Notes: generated by a model not told the origin, from the sequence alone. A stretch of DNA of 32,000 nt from Escherichia coli (GCF_018884365.1 NZ_CP035836.1), one strand, 5' to 3'. Positions 20,228 through 31,402 are shown, counted from the stretch's first letter. Made by a program: numbers and translations.

Positions 20228-20446
20228 ATGGGCAGAATTTTACTCGATTTATCGAATGAGGTGATTAAGCAACTTGATGATCTCGAGGTGCAGCGTAATC
20301 TTCCTCGTGCGGACCTATTAAGGGAAGCGGTAGATCAATACCTGATAAATCAATCGCAAACAGCAAGAACCAGTGTTCCTGGCATCTGGCAAGGGTGTGA
20401 GGAAGATGGTGTCGAATATCAGCGTAAGCTGCGCGAGGAATGGTAA
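20228..20446 (+). CDS. yiiF: Small ribbon-helix-helix (CopG/antitoxin-like) DNA-binding protein
   Basis: [42 protein letters not shown], co-linear with YiiE. Listed ORF starts at 20204. Confidence 0.88.
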
Positions 20447-20496
20447 TGGGAAAAAATGATGTCAATCAGATTGCTGACAACGTGCGCGTTGTTCAT

Positions 20497-20594
20497 GCCG
20501 GATGCGGCGTGAACGCCTTATCCGGCCTACAAAGTCGTATAAATTCAATGTATTGCAGTTTATTGGTAGGCCTGATAAGCGCAGCGCATCAGGC
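20497..20594. repeat. BIME-like pair of REP elements
   Basis: GCCGGATGCGGCGTGAACGCCTTATCCGGCCTAC (20497-20530) and GTAGGCCTGATAAGCGCAGCGCATCAGGC (20566-20594). Confidence 0.93.
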
Positions 20595-20775
20595 AATCTT
20601 ACGCTTGTCATCAGTCTCATGCCCATAACCTTATTGATGTGGTGGTGGGTAAATTGAGGCCAAACCGGCACTGGCGGCATAGCTTGAGGTGGTAACGCGG
20701 AATACGAGAGATGGTGTCGTCACACCCTATGAGCTGTAATCCGGGCGACCTGCGCCACCCGGAAAACGTCAGAGA

Positions 20776-21705
20776 TTACTCTCCTTCACCCGGAAACAGG
20801 AACGGGTTGATGGAACTGCGGGCATAGCCTTCTTGCTCCATTCGTGCGTCCAGTACCAGAGAGGCGAGGTCATCTGCTACGGCTTCGATTTTTGGATCTT
20901 TTTCCTGATAGAGAATTTTCAGGTAAGTGCCGCAGTCATCGCAGCTTTCGGCTTTAATCGCGGCCTGTTCGTCATCCAGCGACCAGTAATGCAGTTTGCC
21001 GCTCTGCTCGCAGTTGCTGCATTTTACGCGCACTACGTGCCATTCAGTTTCACACAGGTTGCAGTGCAGGTAACGTAGCCCCTGAGTGGTGCCAATTTGC
21101 ACCATGCTGGACACCGGCATAGAACCACAAACCGGGCAATATTGACGTTGCTCGCCGTATTCAGCGCGGGCTTTGCCGGGGATCAGATTGGCCATCTGCG
21201 CCCAGTAGAGCGACAGTGCAGCCCAGATAAACGGCGCTTTATCGCTGCTGACGGACGAGAAATCAGAGGCAAACAGCGCGCTGGCCATATCTTCCAGCTC
21301 CTGAGTCGATGCCTTCTCCAGATTCTCAATCACTGCCAGCGCCGGGCCGCTCATTTCAGGTTTCAGCTCAGCAATCAGCGCCATCAGCAGCTTTTGCCAG
21401 TGCTTATCACGCGGCAGAACGTGAATATCCAGCGGGGGCTTGCCTTGTGCGCTGGCTTCTTTAATGCGCGCAGTCAGATCCATCTCCAGCGGATGGTCGT
21501 ACAGCACCACTTCCTGGGCGTGGGCGATAAGCGCAGCAAAGCGCAGGTAATCACCCAGAGGATTATTTTCTGCCAGCTCGCGCAGACGCTCGGCGCGGCG
21601 GTTGTATAAATTCTTGAGCCGAGGGAACAATAACGGCGGAATCATATCCGCCGTACGTTTCTCGCTTGAACCCAGCTCATCTTGCGGGATTATGCGAATA
21701 CTCAT
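20776..21705 (-). CDS. fdhE: Formate dehydrogenase formation protein FdhE
   Basis: 309-aa ORF with [26 protein letters not shown] and CDDCGTYLK zinc/iron-binding cysteine pairs. Confidence 0.97.
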   Translation of the reverse strand: MSIRIIPQDELGSSEKRTADMIPPLLFPRLKNLYNRRAERLRELAENNPLGDYLRFAALIAHAQEVVLYDHPLEMDLTARIKEASAQGKPPLDIHVLPRDKHWQKLLMALIAELKPEMSGPALAVIENLEKASTQELEDMASALFASDFSSVSSDKAPFIWAALSLYWAQMANLIPGKARAEYGEQRQYCPVCGSMPVSSMVQIGTTQGLRYLHCNLCETEWHVVRVKCSNCEQSGKLHYWSLDDEQAAIKAESCDDCGTYLKILYQEKDPKIEAVADDLASLVLDARMEQEGYARSSINPFLFPGEGE

Positions 21706-22337
21706 TCAGCTTTCTTTTCCGTTGTCTTGCGGACCTCACGGTACCAGCGCGGGTGATGTTTCTTCGCCCAGGCGCTGGTAACCCATCCTTCCACCATGGC
21801 GGTAATCGTGCCTTTCACCCAAAGGGCGGCGTAGATATGCACCATGATAACCACAATTAACGCCACTGCGGCAAATGAATGCAGCATTAACGCGAATCGG
21901 ATCACCGGGATTGAGAAAGCAGGCGCAAAATAAGGACGCCAGATAATCACGCCGCTCACCAGCAGCAGAACCAGGAAAATAATCGCCGCCCAGAAAACGC
22001 ATTTCTGACCGAAGTTATAACGCCCGGTGTCACCTACTTCCTCGTTGACGACGATCTTACGAATATTCTTCGCCCAAAAGATATCATCCCGATTGATTAG
22101 GTTGTGATGCCAGTAACGGAAAAACATGATGATGAACGAGGCAAACATAACCACGCCGACAAACGGGTGCAGAATTCGCGCCAGCTGCGGTGTGCCCATG
22201 ATTTGCATCAACCAGTTGAAGGACGGGAACAAAAAGCCCAGCCCGCTCACCGCCGCCAGGATGAAGCAGAAGGCGGTGATCCAGTGGTTGATACGTTCCG
22301 GCGCGGTGTAGCGCACGATGGTGTCACGTCGTTTCAT
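21702..22337 (-). CDS. fdoI: Formate dehydrogenase-O, cytochrome b556 (gamma) subunit
   Basis: 211-aa [35 protein letters not shown]..., multi-TM with haem-ligand-type histidines. Confidence 0.97.
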
Positions 22338-23236
22338 TTGCGCTCCTCGTCTTTCTCTTCGTGCAGATTATTCTCTTCCTCATCCGCACGGTTCGGACCG
22401 ACACCCACGTAGTGGAAGATACTGGCCGCAAAGGTAGCCGCAAAGCCAACAGCCGCGAGCGGTTTCCAGATGCCTTTCCAGAATTTCACGGTTTCGCTGA
22501 TTTCCGGGTTCTCCGGCAAGCCATGATACAGATTTGGCTTGTCAGCATGGTGCAGCACGTACATGACGTGTGTACCACCGACGCCTGCCGGATCGTACAG
22601 ACCCGCATTGTCGTAACCGCGGGTTTTCAGCTCAGCAACGCGCTCGCTCGCCAGCGTTTTCATCGACTCTTTCGTACCGAAGTGAATCGCGCCCGTTGGG
22701 CAGGTCTTCACGCAGGCTGGTTCTTGCCCAACCACCACGCGGTCAACGCACAGCGTACATTTGTAGACGCGGTTGTCTTCCGGGTTGAGGCGCGGAATGT
22801 CGAACGGACAGCCCGCAATGCAATAACCGCAGCCAATGCACTGCTCGGACTGGAAGTCGACGATACCGTTGGCATACTGAATAATTGCACCTTCCGCCGG
22901 GCACGCTTTCAGGCAGCCTGGATCGGAACAGTGCATACAGCCGTCTTTGCGGATCAGCCATTCCAGTTTGTCGTTCTGCTCCACTTCCGAGAAGCGCATT
23001 ACCGTCCACGATTTGGCGCTTAAATCATTGGGGTTGTCGTACACCCCAATGTTATTGCCGACGGTATCGCGAATGTCGTTCCACTCTGAACACGCCACCT
23101 GACAGGCTTTACAGCCGATACAGGTGGTAACGTCGATGAGTTTCGCCACTTCTTCCTGGAAGTCCCGCGCCTGAGGCGCGGGGGTCAGACCGTTAGTCGC
23201 GGAACGACGAATGATATCTTGAGATTGATAAGCCAT
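22334..23236 (-). CDS. fdoH: Formate dehydrogenase-O, iron-sulfur (beta) subunit
   Basis: 300-aa ORF with several 4Fe-4S ferredoxin motifs ([62 protein letters not shown]). Confidence 0.97.
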
Positions 23237-23248
23237 ATGTCGTCTCCG

Positions 23249-26200
23249 TTACACCTTTTCCACATTCACAAGGAAGGACTTAAACTCCGGCGTCTGCGTG
23301 TTCGCATCACCAACGAATGGCGTTAAAGTATTGGCAATAAAGCCTTTTTTAGCTACGCCTTCATAGCCCCAGTGAATCGGAATACCGATGGTATCGATAT
23401 CTTTGCCGTTCGCTTTCAGCGTGCGAATACGTTTGGTCACCACCGCTTTGGCTTTGATATAGCCACGGTTGGAGGAGACTTTCACGGTATCGCCCTGGGC
23501 AATGCCAAGTTTATTCGCCAGCGACTCCCCGATTTCCACAAACTGCTCTGGCTGCAAAATCGCGTTCAACAGCGCGTGTTTGGTCCAGTAGTGGAAGTGC
23601 TCGGTCAGACGATAGGTGGTTCCGACATACGGGAACTTATCGGCTTTACCCAATGCTTCGGCGTCGTCTTTAAAGATACGTGCAGCCGGGTTCGAGATAA
23701 CGTTTGGATGCAGCGGGTTAGTTCCCAGCGGCGTTTCAAACGGCTCGTAGTGTTCCGGGAACGGACCTTCCGCCATCTTATCGAGGGCAAACAGACGCCC
23801 CATGCCTTCCTGCTGCATGATAAACGGCCCGACGCCGCTACCCGGAGGCGCTGCGCTGTAGTCCGGAATATCCCAGCCGGTCCACTTAGTGCCGTCCCAT
23901 TTCAGCAACTGACGCTTCGGATCCCACGGGTTACCCTGCGGATCTGCGGAGGCGCGGTTATACAGAATGCGGCGGTTAAGCGGCCATGCCCATGCCCAGC
24001 CCAGCGTGTTACCGAGGCCAGACGGATCGGCGTTATCACGGCGTGCCATCTGGTTGCCTTCCGGCGTCCAGCTACCGGCGAAAATCCAGCAGCCACAGGA
24101 GGTTGTACCGTCATCGCGCAATTGGGCGAACGAACTAAGTTGTTGGCCTTTCTTGACGATAACCGCACCGGTTGCCGGATCGGTAATATCGGCCAGCGCC
24201 TTACCGTTGCTCTCCATCGCCACTTCTTCTGAAGATGGCTCATGCGGAATGGCGTAGTTCCATGTCATGTTCAGCACCTGGTCCGGGTTCGCGCCACCCT
24301 GTTCGGCATACATCTTGCGCAAGCGCAGGAAGATACCGGAGAGGATCTCGCCGTCAGTCAGCGCAATCCCCGGGGCGTCCGCACCTTTCCAGTGCCACTG
24401 TAACCAGCGACCTGAGTTAACGATAGAACCGTTCTCTTCCGCGAAGCAGGTCGATGGCAGACGGAACACTTCGGTCTGGATCTTCGACGAGTCAACTTCG
24501 TTCAGCTCACCGTGGTTCTGCCAGAAGTTAGAGGTTTCAGTGTTCAGTGGGTCGATGGTGACGAGGAACTTCAGTTTCGACAGACAACCGATCACTTTGT
24601 TTTTGTTCGGGAATGAGGCAACAGGGTTAAAGCCCTGGCAGATATAGCCATTGACCTTGCCCTCTTTCATCATCTCGAAGTATTGCAGGACGTCGTAGCC
24701 TTTATCCCACTTCGGCAACCAGTCAAAGCCCCAGCTATTTTCCGCCGTCGCTTTATCACCAAAGAAGGCCTTCATCATAGAGACGAAGAATTTCGGGTAG
24801 TTGCCCCAGTAGTTTACCTGGCCTTCCAGCAGCGGTTTTGGCGTGTTGGCGGTAAGGTAGGTTTGCAGATCGGTCTGCTTCTCGCTTGGCAGCGTCATGT
24901 AACCTGGCAGGCTCTGCGACAGCAGCCCCAGGTCCGTCAGCCCCTGAATATTGGAGTGACCGCGCAGGGCGTTAACGCCGCCGCCTGCCATCCCCATATT
25001 GCCGAGCAGCAGCTGGATCATCGCCATCGTACGAATGTTTTGCGCACCAACGGAGTGTTGCGTCCAGCCGAGGGCATACAGGAACGAGGCAGTTTTATCG
25101 TGAGCACTGGTTTCTGCGATGTATTCGCAGACTTTCAGGAACGCGTCTTTTGGCGTACCACAGATGTTTTCAACCACATCTGGCGTGTAGCGGGAAACGT
25201 GCTGTTTCAGCAAGTTCCACACGCAGCGCGGATGTTGCAGCGTGGTATCGCGTTTGGCGAAGCCGTTTTCGTCCAGTTCATAAGTCCAGGAGGATTTATC
25301 GTACTTGCGTTTTTCCGCGTCGTAGCCGGTGAACAGGCCATCTTCAAAGCCGTAATCCTCACGCACGATCAGGCTGGCGTTGGTATAGGCTTCGGTGTAT
25401 TCGCGGTTGAATTTTTCATTGTTCAGCAGGTACAGCAATACGCCTGACAGGAAAGCAATGTCAGTACCGGAACGAATAGGGGCATAGTAGTCAGCTACCG
25501 CCGCCGTACGCGTAAAGCGAGGATCGATCACAATCAGCTTCGCGCCGTTGTGAATTTTGGCTTCCATCGCCCAGCGGAACCCGACCGGGTGAGCTTCAGC
25601 GGCGTTACCGCCCATCACCACGACGAGGTTGGCGTTCTTGATGTCGACCCAGTGGTTGGTCATCGCACCGCGACCAAATGTTGGAGCAAGACTTGCTACC
25701 GTTGGTCCGTGTCAGACACGCGCCTGGTTGTCGACCGCGAGCATACCCAGCGCGCGGGAGAATTTTTGCGTTAAATAGCCGGTTTCGTTACTCGACGCGG
25801 AAGCACACAGCATCCCGGTGGAGAGCCAGCGGTTAACAGTCACGCCTTCGGCGTTTTGCGCAATGTAGTTAGCATCGCGGTCTTCTTTCATCAGTTTGGC
25901 GATGCGATCAAACGCCTCTTCCCAACTGATTTGCTGCCATTTATCAGAACCTGGCGCACGGTATTCCGGAAACTTCAGACGGCTTTCGGAGTGGATGAAA
26001 TCCACCAGGCCAGCGCCTTTCGGACAAAGTGCACCGCGGTTGACCGGGTGATCCGGATCGCCTTCGATATGGAAGATAGATGCTTTGGCGTTTTTTGCTC
26101 CGTCACCGAGGCTGTACATCAACAGCCCACAGCCTACGGAACAATAGGTGCAGGTATTACGGGTTTCGCGGGTGCGCAGCAGTTTATACTGCCGGGTTTC

Positions 26201-26299
26201 CGCGAGTGCTACGCTGGGTGCAAAACCCAGTGCCGCTGCCGTGGTGCCTGCCATACCGCCAGCGCAGATCTTAAAGAACTGCCTTCTGCTGACCTGCAT
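23249..26299 (-). CDS. fdoG: Formate dehydrogenase-O major (alpha) subunit, selenocysteine-containing, with Tat signal
   Basis: The supplied track splits this gene at an in-frame TGA (25712-25714, minus strand). Joined, it gives 1016 residues with ...ARV-U-HGPTVASLAPTFGRGAMTNHW. N-terminus MQVSRRQFFKICAGG is twin-arginine; CTYCSVGCGL is a 4Fe-4S motif. Confidence 0.97.
25672..25714 (-). promoter_or_regulatory. Selenocysteine UGA and downstream bacterial SECIS-like region
   Basis: Minus strand reads TGACACGGACCAACGGTAGCAAGTCTTGCTCCAACATTTGGTC, closely resembling the bSECIS context of E. coli fdhF/fdnG. Confidence 0.85.
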
Positions 26300-26492
26300 G
26301 GATTGCTCCTTGTTTCGACATTGTCACGTCCCATTTACATTCGCTTGCTGCGTGTGCAGGGAGTGGGAGTTATTTTTCTTTGCGGAAGGGGCCGCAAAGG
26401 TCCAGAATTGGCTCAATTTCCCTCCATCCAGGAAGGGTTTGTAACAGAATACCATAATGTTGGTGTGTGTGTTCTTATCTGGTTAAGAGAAA

Positions 26493-27326
26493 GTGAAAAA
26501 AACACAGCGAAAAGAAATCGAAAATGTGACAAATATCACAGGTGTTCGTCAAATTGAGTTATGGCGGCGTGATGATTTACAACACCCACGGTTAGATGAG
26601 GTCGCGGAAGAAGTTCCCGTTGCGCTGGTCTACAACGGCATTTCGCATGTGGTGATGATGGCGTCGCCCAAAGACCTTGAGTACTTTGCGCTCGGTTTTT
26701 CGCTTTCCGAGGGGATTATCGAAAGTCCGCGCGATATCTTCGGCATGGATGTCGTTCCTTCCTGTAATGGTCTTGAAGTACAAATTGAGCTTTCCAGCCG
26801 CCGCTTTATGGGGTTGAAGGAGCGCCGCCGGGCGCTGGCGGGACGTACGGGCTGTGGCGTATGCGGCGTGGAGCAACTTAATGACATCGGAAAACCGGTG
26901 CAGCCGCTACCGTTCACCCAGACGTTTGATCTCAACAAACTGGATGATGCATTACGTCATCTCAACGATTTTCAGCCAGTGGGGCAACTGACTGGTTGTA
27001 CTCACGCCGCTGCCTGGATGTTGCCATCTGGCGAACTGGTCGGCGGGCATGAAGACGTGGGTCGCCATGTGGCGCTGGACAAACTGTTAGGCCGCCGGTC
27101 ACAAGAAGGGGAAAGCTGGCAGCAAGGTGCGGTACTGGTTTCCAGTCGTGCCAGTTATGAAATGGTGCAAAAGTCGGCGATGTGCGGCGTAGAGATTTTG
27201 TTTGCGGTGTCTGCCGCGACCACGCTTGCTGTAGAAGTGGCTGAGCGCTGTAATCTGACACTGGTAGGTTTTTGTAAACCGGGTCGGGCAACGGTTTATA
27301 CCCATCCGCAGCGTTTGAGCAATTAA
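26493..27326 (+). CDS. fdhD: Formate dehydrogenase accessory sulfurtransferase FdhD
   Basis: 277-aa ORF; [11 protein letters not shown] (CxxC) and [16 protein letters not shown]-like [18 protein letters not shown]; divergent from fdoG. Confidence 0.97.
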
Positions 27327-27330
27327 TTAA

Positions 27331-27369
27331 AATAAGTCCTGCGAAATATATTAAATTGCAGGACTTATT
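27331..27369. terminator. Inverted repeat after fdhD, probable terminator
   Basis: AATAAGTCCTGCgaaatatattaaattGCAGGACTTATT: 12-bp perfect arms immediately after the fdhD stop. Confidence 0.7.
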
Positions 27370-27478
27370 CATTTCGTGAATTTTATTATTTTATTTATAA
27401 ACAAAATGCGTGTAGTGGCGTTTTCTTTTTTCATTTATTATGTTCACTCTCTTATCTATATATTTATAAGGCAATTAA

Positions 27479-28534
27479 ATGAAAAGGAATTTATTATCTT
27501 CCGCTATTATAGTCGCCATCATGTCCCTCGGTCTGACGGGTTGTGATGATAAAAAAGCCGAAACAGAAACGCTCCCGCCTGCCAATAGTCAACCTGCCGC
27601 ACCAGCTCCTGAAGCGAAACCTACTGAAGCTCCCGTTGCAAAAGCAGAAGCTAAACCTGAAACACCTGCGCAACCGGTGGTCGATGAACAAGCGGTTTTC
27701 GACGAAAAAATGGATGTCTATATCAAGTGCTACAACAAGTTACAGATCCCGGTACAGCGCAGTCTGGCGCGTTATGCTGACTGGCTGAAAGATTTTAAAC
27801 AGGGGCCTACCGGTGAAGAGCGTACTGTTTATGGCATCTACGGCATTAGTGAATCCAACCTCGCTGAGTGTGAAAAAGGCGTAAAAAGTGCTGTGGCGTT
27901 AACGCCTGCGCTGCAACCAATTGATGGCGTGGCGGTGAGTTATATCGATGCTGCCGTGGCGTTGGGTAATACCATTAACGAAATGGATAAATATTACACC
28001 CAGGAAAATTATAAAGACGATGCGTTTGCGAAAGGGAAAACGCTGCACCAGACATTCTTAAAAAATCTGGAAGCCTTTGAACCTGTAGCCGAATCTTATC
28101 ATGCGGCGATTCAGGAAATTAATGATAAGCGTCAGCTTGCGGAACTGAAAAATATTGAAGAAAGAGAAGGGAAAACATTCCACTACTACTCTCTGGCAGT
28201 CATGATTTCAGCGAAACAAATTAATAACCTGATATCGCAAGATAAGTTTGATGCAGAAGCGGCAATGAAGAAAGTGTCTGAACTGGAAACGCTAGTGGCG
28301 CAGGCCAAAGAAGCGGATAAAGGCGGCATGAATTTCTCGTTTATTAATTCGGCAGGCCAGTATCAACTCGAGGCTAAAAAATACGTTCGCCGCATCAGAG
28401 ATAAAGTCCCGTACTCTGACTGGGATAAAGAGCAACTTCAGGACGCAAACTCAAGCTGGATGGTCGAAGACTCTTTCCCGAGAGCATTACGCGAGTACAA
28501 CGAAATGGTTGATGACTATAATAGCCTGCGTTAA
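27479..28534 (+). CDS. yiiG: DUF3829-type lipoprotein YiiG
   Basis: 351-aa ORF with lipobox MKRNLLSSAIIVAIMSLGLTGC, then an acidic Pro/Ala/Glu-rich linker. Confidence 0.93.
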   Translation: MKRNLLSSAIIVAIMSLGLTGCDDKKAETETLPPANSQPAAPAPEAKPTEAPVAKAEAKPETPAQPVVDEQAVFDEKMDVYIKCYNKLQIPVQRSLARYADWLKDFKQGPTGEERTVYGIYGISESNLAECEKGVKSAVALTPALQPIDGVAVSYIDAAVALGNTINEMDKYYTQENYKDDAFAKGKTLHQTFLKNLEAFEPVAESYHAAIQEINDKRQLAELKNIEEREGKTFHYYSLAVMISAKQINNLISQDKFDAEAAMKKVSELETLVAQAKEADKGGMNFSFINSAGQYQLEAKKYVRRIRDKVPYSDWDKEQLQDANSSWMVEDSFPRALREYNEMVDDYNSLR

Positions 28535-28555
28535 ACGTTTTTGATGATAAATGCA

Positions 28556-28580
28556 GTGTCGGATGCGGCGCATCCGACAC
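28556..28580. repeat. REP-like palindrome between convergent yiiG and frvR
   Basis: GTGTCGGATGcggcgCATCCGACAC: 10-bp perfect arms, 5-nt loop. Confidence 0.8.
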
Positions 28581-28583
28581 AGT

Positions 28584-30332
28584 TCACCCCTTGTGAAGTA
28601 ACTCCATAAATGCCTCATATCCTGTTAACCCGGCAATAATCTCCGCCGGATGCTGACACAATATGCTTGCCAGATAGCTAAATATTTTTAGCTCATGACG
28701 CGCATCGGCGGCGGCGCAGGCGATCAAGACATGGTTAATGACTTCGTTATTCACCTCAACTGGTTGGGCGAGGGTAATAAAAAATCCACGAAAACGTCGC
28801 TCCTGTTCGCTCCAGCAATGTGGGATGGCGAGGCGATTAACAATCAGGTTTTCACCTTCGCCTTCGCGGGCGATGATGCGTTGTGCTTCATCGGCGGTAA
28901 TATGGTGTTGTGCGACTAATTGCGCACAAATTTGCCGGGTAATATGTTGCCAGCTTTCACCGCGTACATTCGAATAATGAAAACTTCCGGGGGCAGAGAA
29001 AAAACGCTCCGGTTGCTGGCGAATAAATGCCGTCGCCAGAAAATGTTTTATTTGTTCGATACCGGCAGCCGTAATGATATTTTTTACGGTGATGTAATTA
29101 TTTACCGCGTCATCCAGTAAATAATGGCTGTTGTTAATGATCAATAACGGCTCAATCTCTTCGCGAATGGCAACAAGCTCGCTTAAGCTACGGGCAATAA
29201 TCACCCGACAATTTAAAACATCGCGCTCAATGGCGAGCTGATTAATGGTGGCAATCGCGTTCTGGTCCGAGAGCAAAATGATCGGCTGGCGTTCGTTTTG
29301 ATGCCGCTCCAGCGCACAGGCAAAATACAAACCGAGCAGATCGCTGTCGAAAAGGGGAATATCGAGCTGTTCACGCAGTAGCGTAATAAAGTGCAGACTC
29401 ATATCAAAGGCCGCAGGCCAGGCTGCTTTCAGGTTATTCATGCTGCTTTGGCAGTGCTCAGCAATCCACACTGGTGCGGCAAGGCAACGTAATAAATGCC
29501 CGGTAATGTTCTCAACCAGCCGCGTATCAATAATATTCAATGACGCGATGCCCGGCACCCTTTGCAGCAACCGCTGCACATTATCGGCAGAAATTATCTG
29601 CGCTTGCTGATGCTGTTTCTCTATCAAACCTGTCAGGGTTCTTACAGCGTTATCACCAAGAAACATGCCGCTTTGTTCAACGATTTGTTTTATCTCGTCA
29701 CCGGGATATTGCGGCCACTCATCGGTCAGTTGATTACGCAGGGCGTAAATCGCCAGAATCAGGCTGGAGAGATAATCACCCTGCATGAGCGGCCAGCGGT
29801 GTTGGTTGTCGCAGGCCGTGGATAAATGCTGAAGGTTGTCTCGTGTTACGCCCGCCAGCGGAATTAAAAACGGATCTTTGCGCAGCAAGTTCGCCAGCAA
29901 GATAACGCGCTTCTCTTCTGTCTCATCAATGAAATGGCCCAAACCGGGGCGGCTGGCCAGGCAACAAGCGCGTTCATAACACTGTTTTAACCGGGGCAGA
30001 CGCTCTGCGACCCACGTTTCTGGCAAATTAAGCGCCGAGGCGAGTTGCGCACGGGGAGTAAAGGTATTCAGTAATAACAGTGCCAGCAGCCGATCGTCGT
30101 TATCGTGCTTTTGCAGCAACTGAAAAAAGCTGCGGCGCTCGAAGATTTCCAGCTGATAGCCCGCACTACCACTGGCGGAAATGCGGGCTTTGCCGTTAAG
30201 GGTAAAGTTGAGATAGTCAATATCACGCAGGATGGTCCTGCCTGAAACGCCAGTCTGTTGCGCCAGCTCACCAGGCGTGCGCGGCTGTTGCTCCAGCAGA
30301 TCGACAATCTTTAACTGGCGTTCGTTTAGCAT
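28584..30332 (-). CDS. frvR: PRD/BglG-type multi-domain transcriptional regulator of the frv operon
   Basis: 582-aa ORF; N-terminal HTH (LVDLLEQQPRTPGELAQQTGVSGRTILRDIDYLNFTL), regulatory middle, C-terminal EIIA-like domain. Confidence 0.93.
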   Translation of the reverse strand: MLNERQLKIVDLLEQQPRTPGELAQQTGVSGRTILRDIDYLNFTLNGKARISASGSAGYQLEIFERRSFFQLLQKHDNDDRLLALLLLNTFTPRAQLASALNLPETWVAERLPRLKQCYERACCLASRPGLGHFIDETEEKRVILLANLLRKDPFLIPLAGVTRDNLQHLSTACDNQHRWPLMQGDYLSSLILAIYALRNQLTDEWPQYPGDEIKQIVEQSGMFLGDNAVRTLTGLIEKQHQQAQIISADNVQRLLQRVPGIASLNIIDTRLVENITGHLLRCLAAPVWIAEHCQSSMNNLKAAWPAAFDMSLHFITLLREQLDIPLFDSDLLGLYFACALERHQNERQPIILLSDQNAIATINQLAIERDVLNCRVIIARSLSELVAIREEIEPLLIINNSHYLLDDAVNNYITVKNIITAAGIEQIKHFLATAFIRQQPERFFSAPGSFHYSNVRGESWQHITRQICAQLVAQHHITADEAQRIIAREGEGENLIVNRLAIPHCWSEQERRFRGFFITLAQPVEVNNEVINHVLIACAAADARHELKIFSYLASILCQHPAEIIAGLTGYEAFMELLHKG

Positions 30333-31402
30333 TAATCCACCTGACGGAACTGGCTAAACGCGTTGACTTTCTCCGCGGTTAAGGTGGTCAGAAAATCCCG
30401 TATCAACGTGAGCAGAGCATCGTAATCGGCTTTTGAAATCATGCCGCTGTTAGCGTGCAGATAGCGGGTTGGCAGGCACAGCGCAACAACCGGACGCCCG
30501 CCGCCCATCACGTTGTAGCGCCCGCCATCCGTCGCACCGGTTTTCATGGTGGAAAATTGCAGCGGTAAATCGTTATGTGCGGCACAGCTTTTTAACGCCG
30601 CCACCAGTTTCTGGTTGGGGAAGTAGCGCTTGTCAAACAGCATCAGCCCCGGCCCCTGGCCCAGTTTCAGCGGGTATTTAATGTTATCAATGCCCGGAAC
30701 ATCACCTGCGACAGCGGTATCCAGCACAATCACCACATCCGGTTTAATGTGTTCCGCCGAGGTTTGTGCCCCGCGTAGCCCAACTTCTTCTTCCACGCTG
30801 CCGACGCCATACAGCGTAATTTCGGGATTATTCACCGTCTGCAATAGTTCAGCCATCATTGCGCAGCCGATGCGGTTATCCAGCGCCTTGCCGACCACTT
30901 TATCTTCGCCCCAGCAGGCAAAATTGGCTTCCGGGCTAATAAAATCGCCCATCGCCACACCGCGTTTTTCCACCTCATCGCGACTGTTCGCGCCAATATC
31001 AATGAACATCTCATCAAATGACAGCGGCTGTTGCTTTTGCTTTTCCGTTAACGCATGAGGTGCGACGGAACCAATCACACCAGGGATTTTAAATCCCTTG
31101 TGTGTGCGTATGGTTACCCGGTGGTTGAGCATTGACTGATTCCACCAGCCGCCAATGGTGGTAAAGCGCAGAAAACCGCTCTCGTCGATGTGGGTGACCA
31201 TAAAGCCGACTTCATCCATATGCCCGACAACGGCAACTTTTGGACCTTTATTCCCCTTACGGGCAACAAAGCTGCCCAGACCATCAAAGGTGATCTCATT
31301 AACGCAAGGTTCCAGCGTGTTTATCAGAATGTCGCGAACTTCCTGTTCATCGCCGCTGACGGCGCTGGCTTCGCACAACTGTTGCAGTAACTCAATGTTC
31401 AT
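30332..31402 (-). CDS. frvX: M42-family aminopeptidase/endo-glucanase-like peptidase
   Basis: ORF MNIELLQQLCEASAVSGDEQEVRDILI..., with KVAVVGHMDEVGFMV and GSVEEEVGLRGAQT metallopeptidase motifs. Listed start is 31408. Confidence 0.93.
   Translation of the reverse strand: MNIELLQQLCEASAVSGDEQEVRDILINTLEPCVNEITFDGLGSFVARKGNKGPKVAVVGHMDEVGFMVTHIDESGFLRFTTIGGWWNQSMLNHRVTIRTHKGFKIPGVIGSVAPHALTEKQKQQPLSFDEMFIDIGANSRDEVEKRGVAMGDFISPEANFACWGEDKVVGKALDNRIGCAMMAELLQTVNNPEITLYGVGSVEEEVGLRGAQTSAEHIKPDVVIVLDTAVAGDVPGIDNIKYPLKLGQGPGLMLFDKRYFPNQKLVAALKSCAAHNDLPLQFSTMKTGATDGGRYNVMGGGRPVVALCLPTRYLHANSGMISKADYDALLTLIRDFLTTLTAEKVNAFSQFRQVD

Noticed and set aside
20497-20594. Short palindromes spaced about 70 nt apart after yiiF, considered as a mini-CRISPR
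   Set aside because: They match E. coli REP sequences in alternating orientation (BIME), not identical direct repeats with uniform spacers; no cas genes nearby.
24683-25447. 254-aa plus-strand ORF antisense to fdoG (also 22361-23023 antisense to fdoH and 23372-24232 antisense to fdoG)
   Set aside because: Mirror ORFs of conserved genes, with low-complexity His/Arg/Val-rich composition and no recognisable family.
25663-25714. Apparent interruption of the formate dehydrogenase gene into two ORFs, suggesting a pseudogene
   Set aside because: The break is a single in-frame TGA at the conserved selenocysteine site with SECIS-like sequence after it, so the gene is intact.
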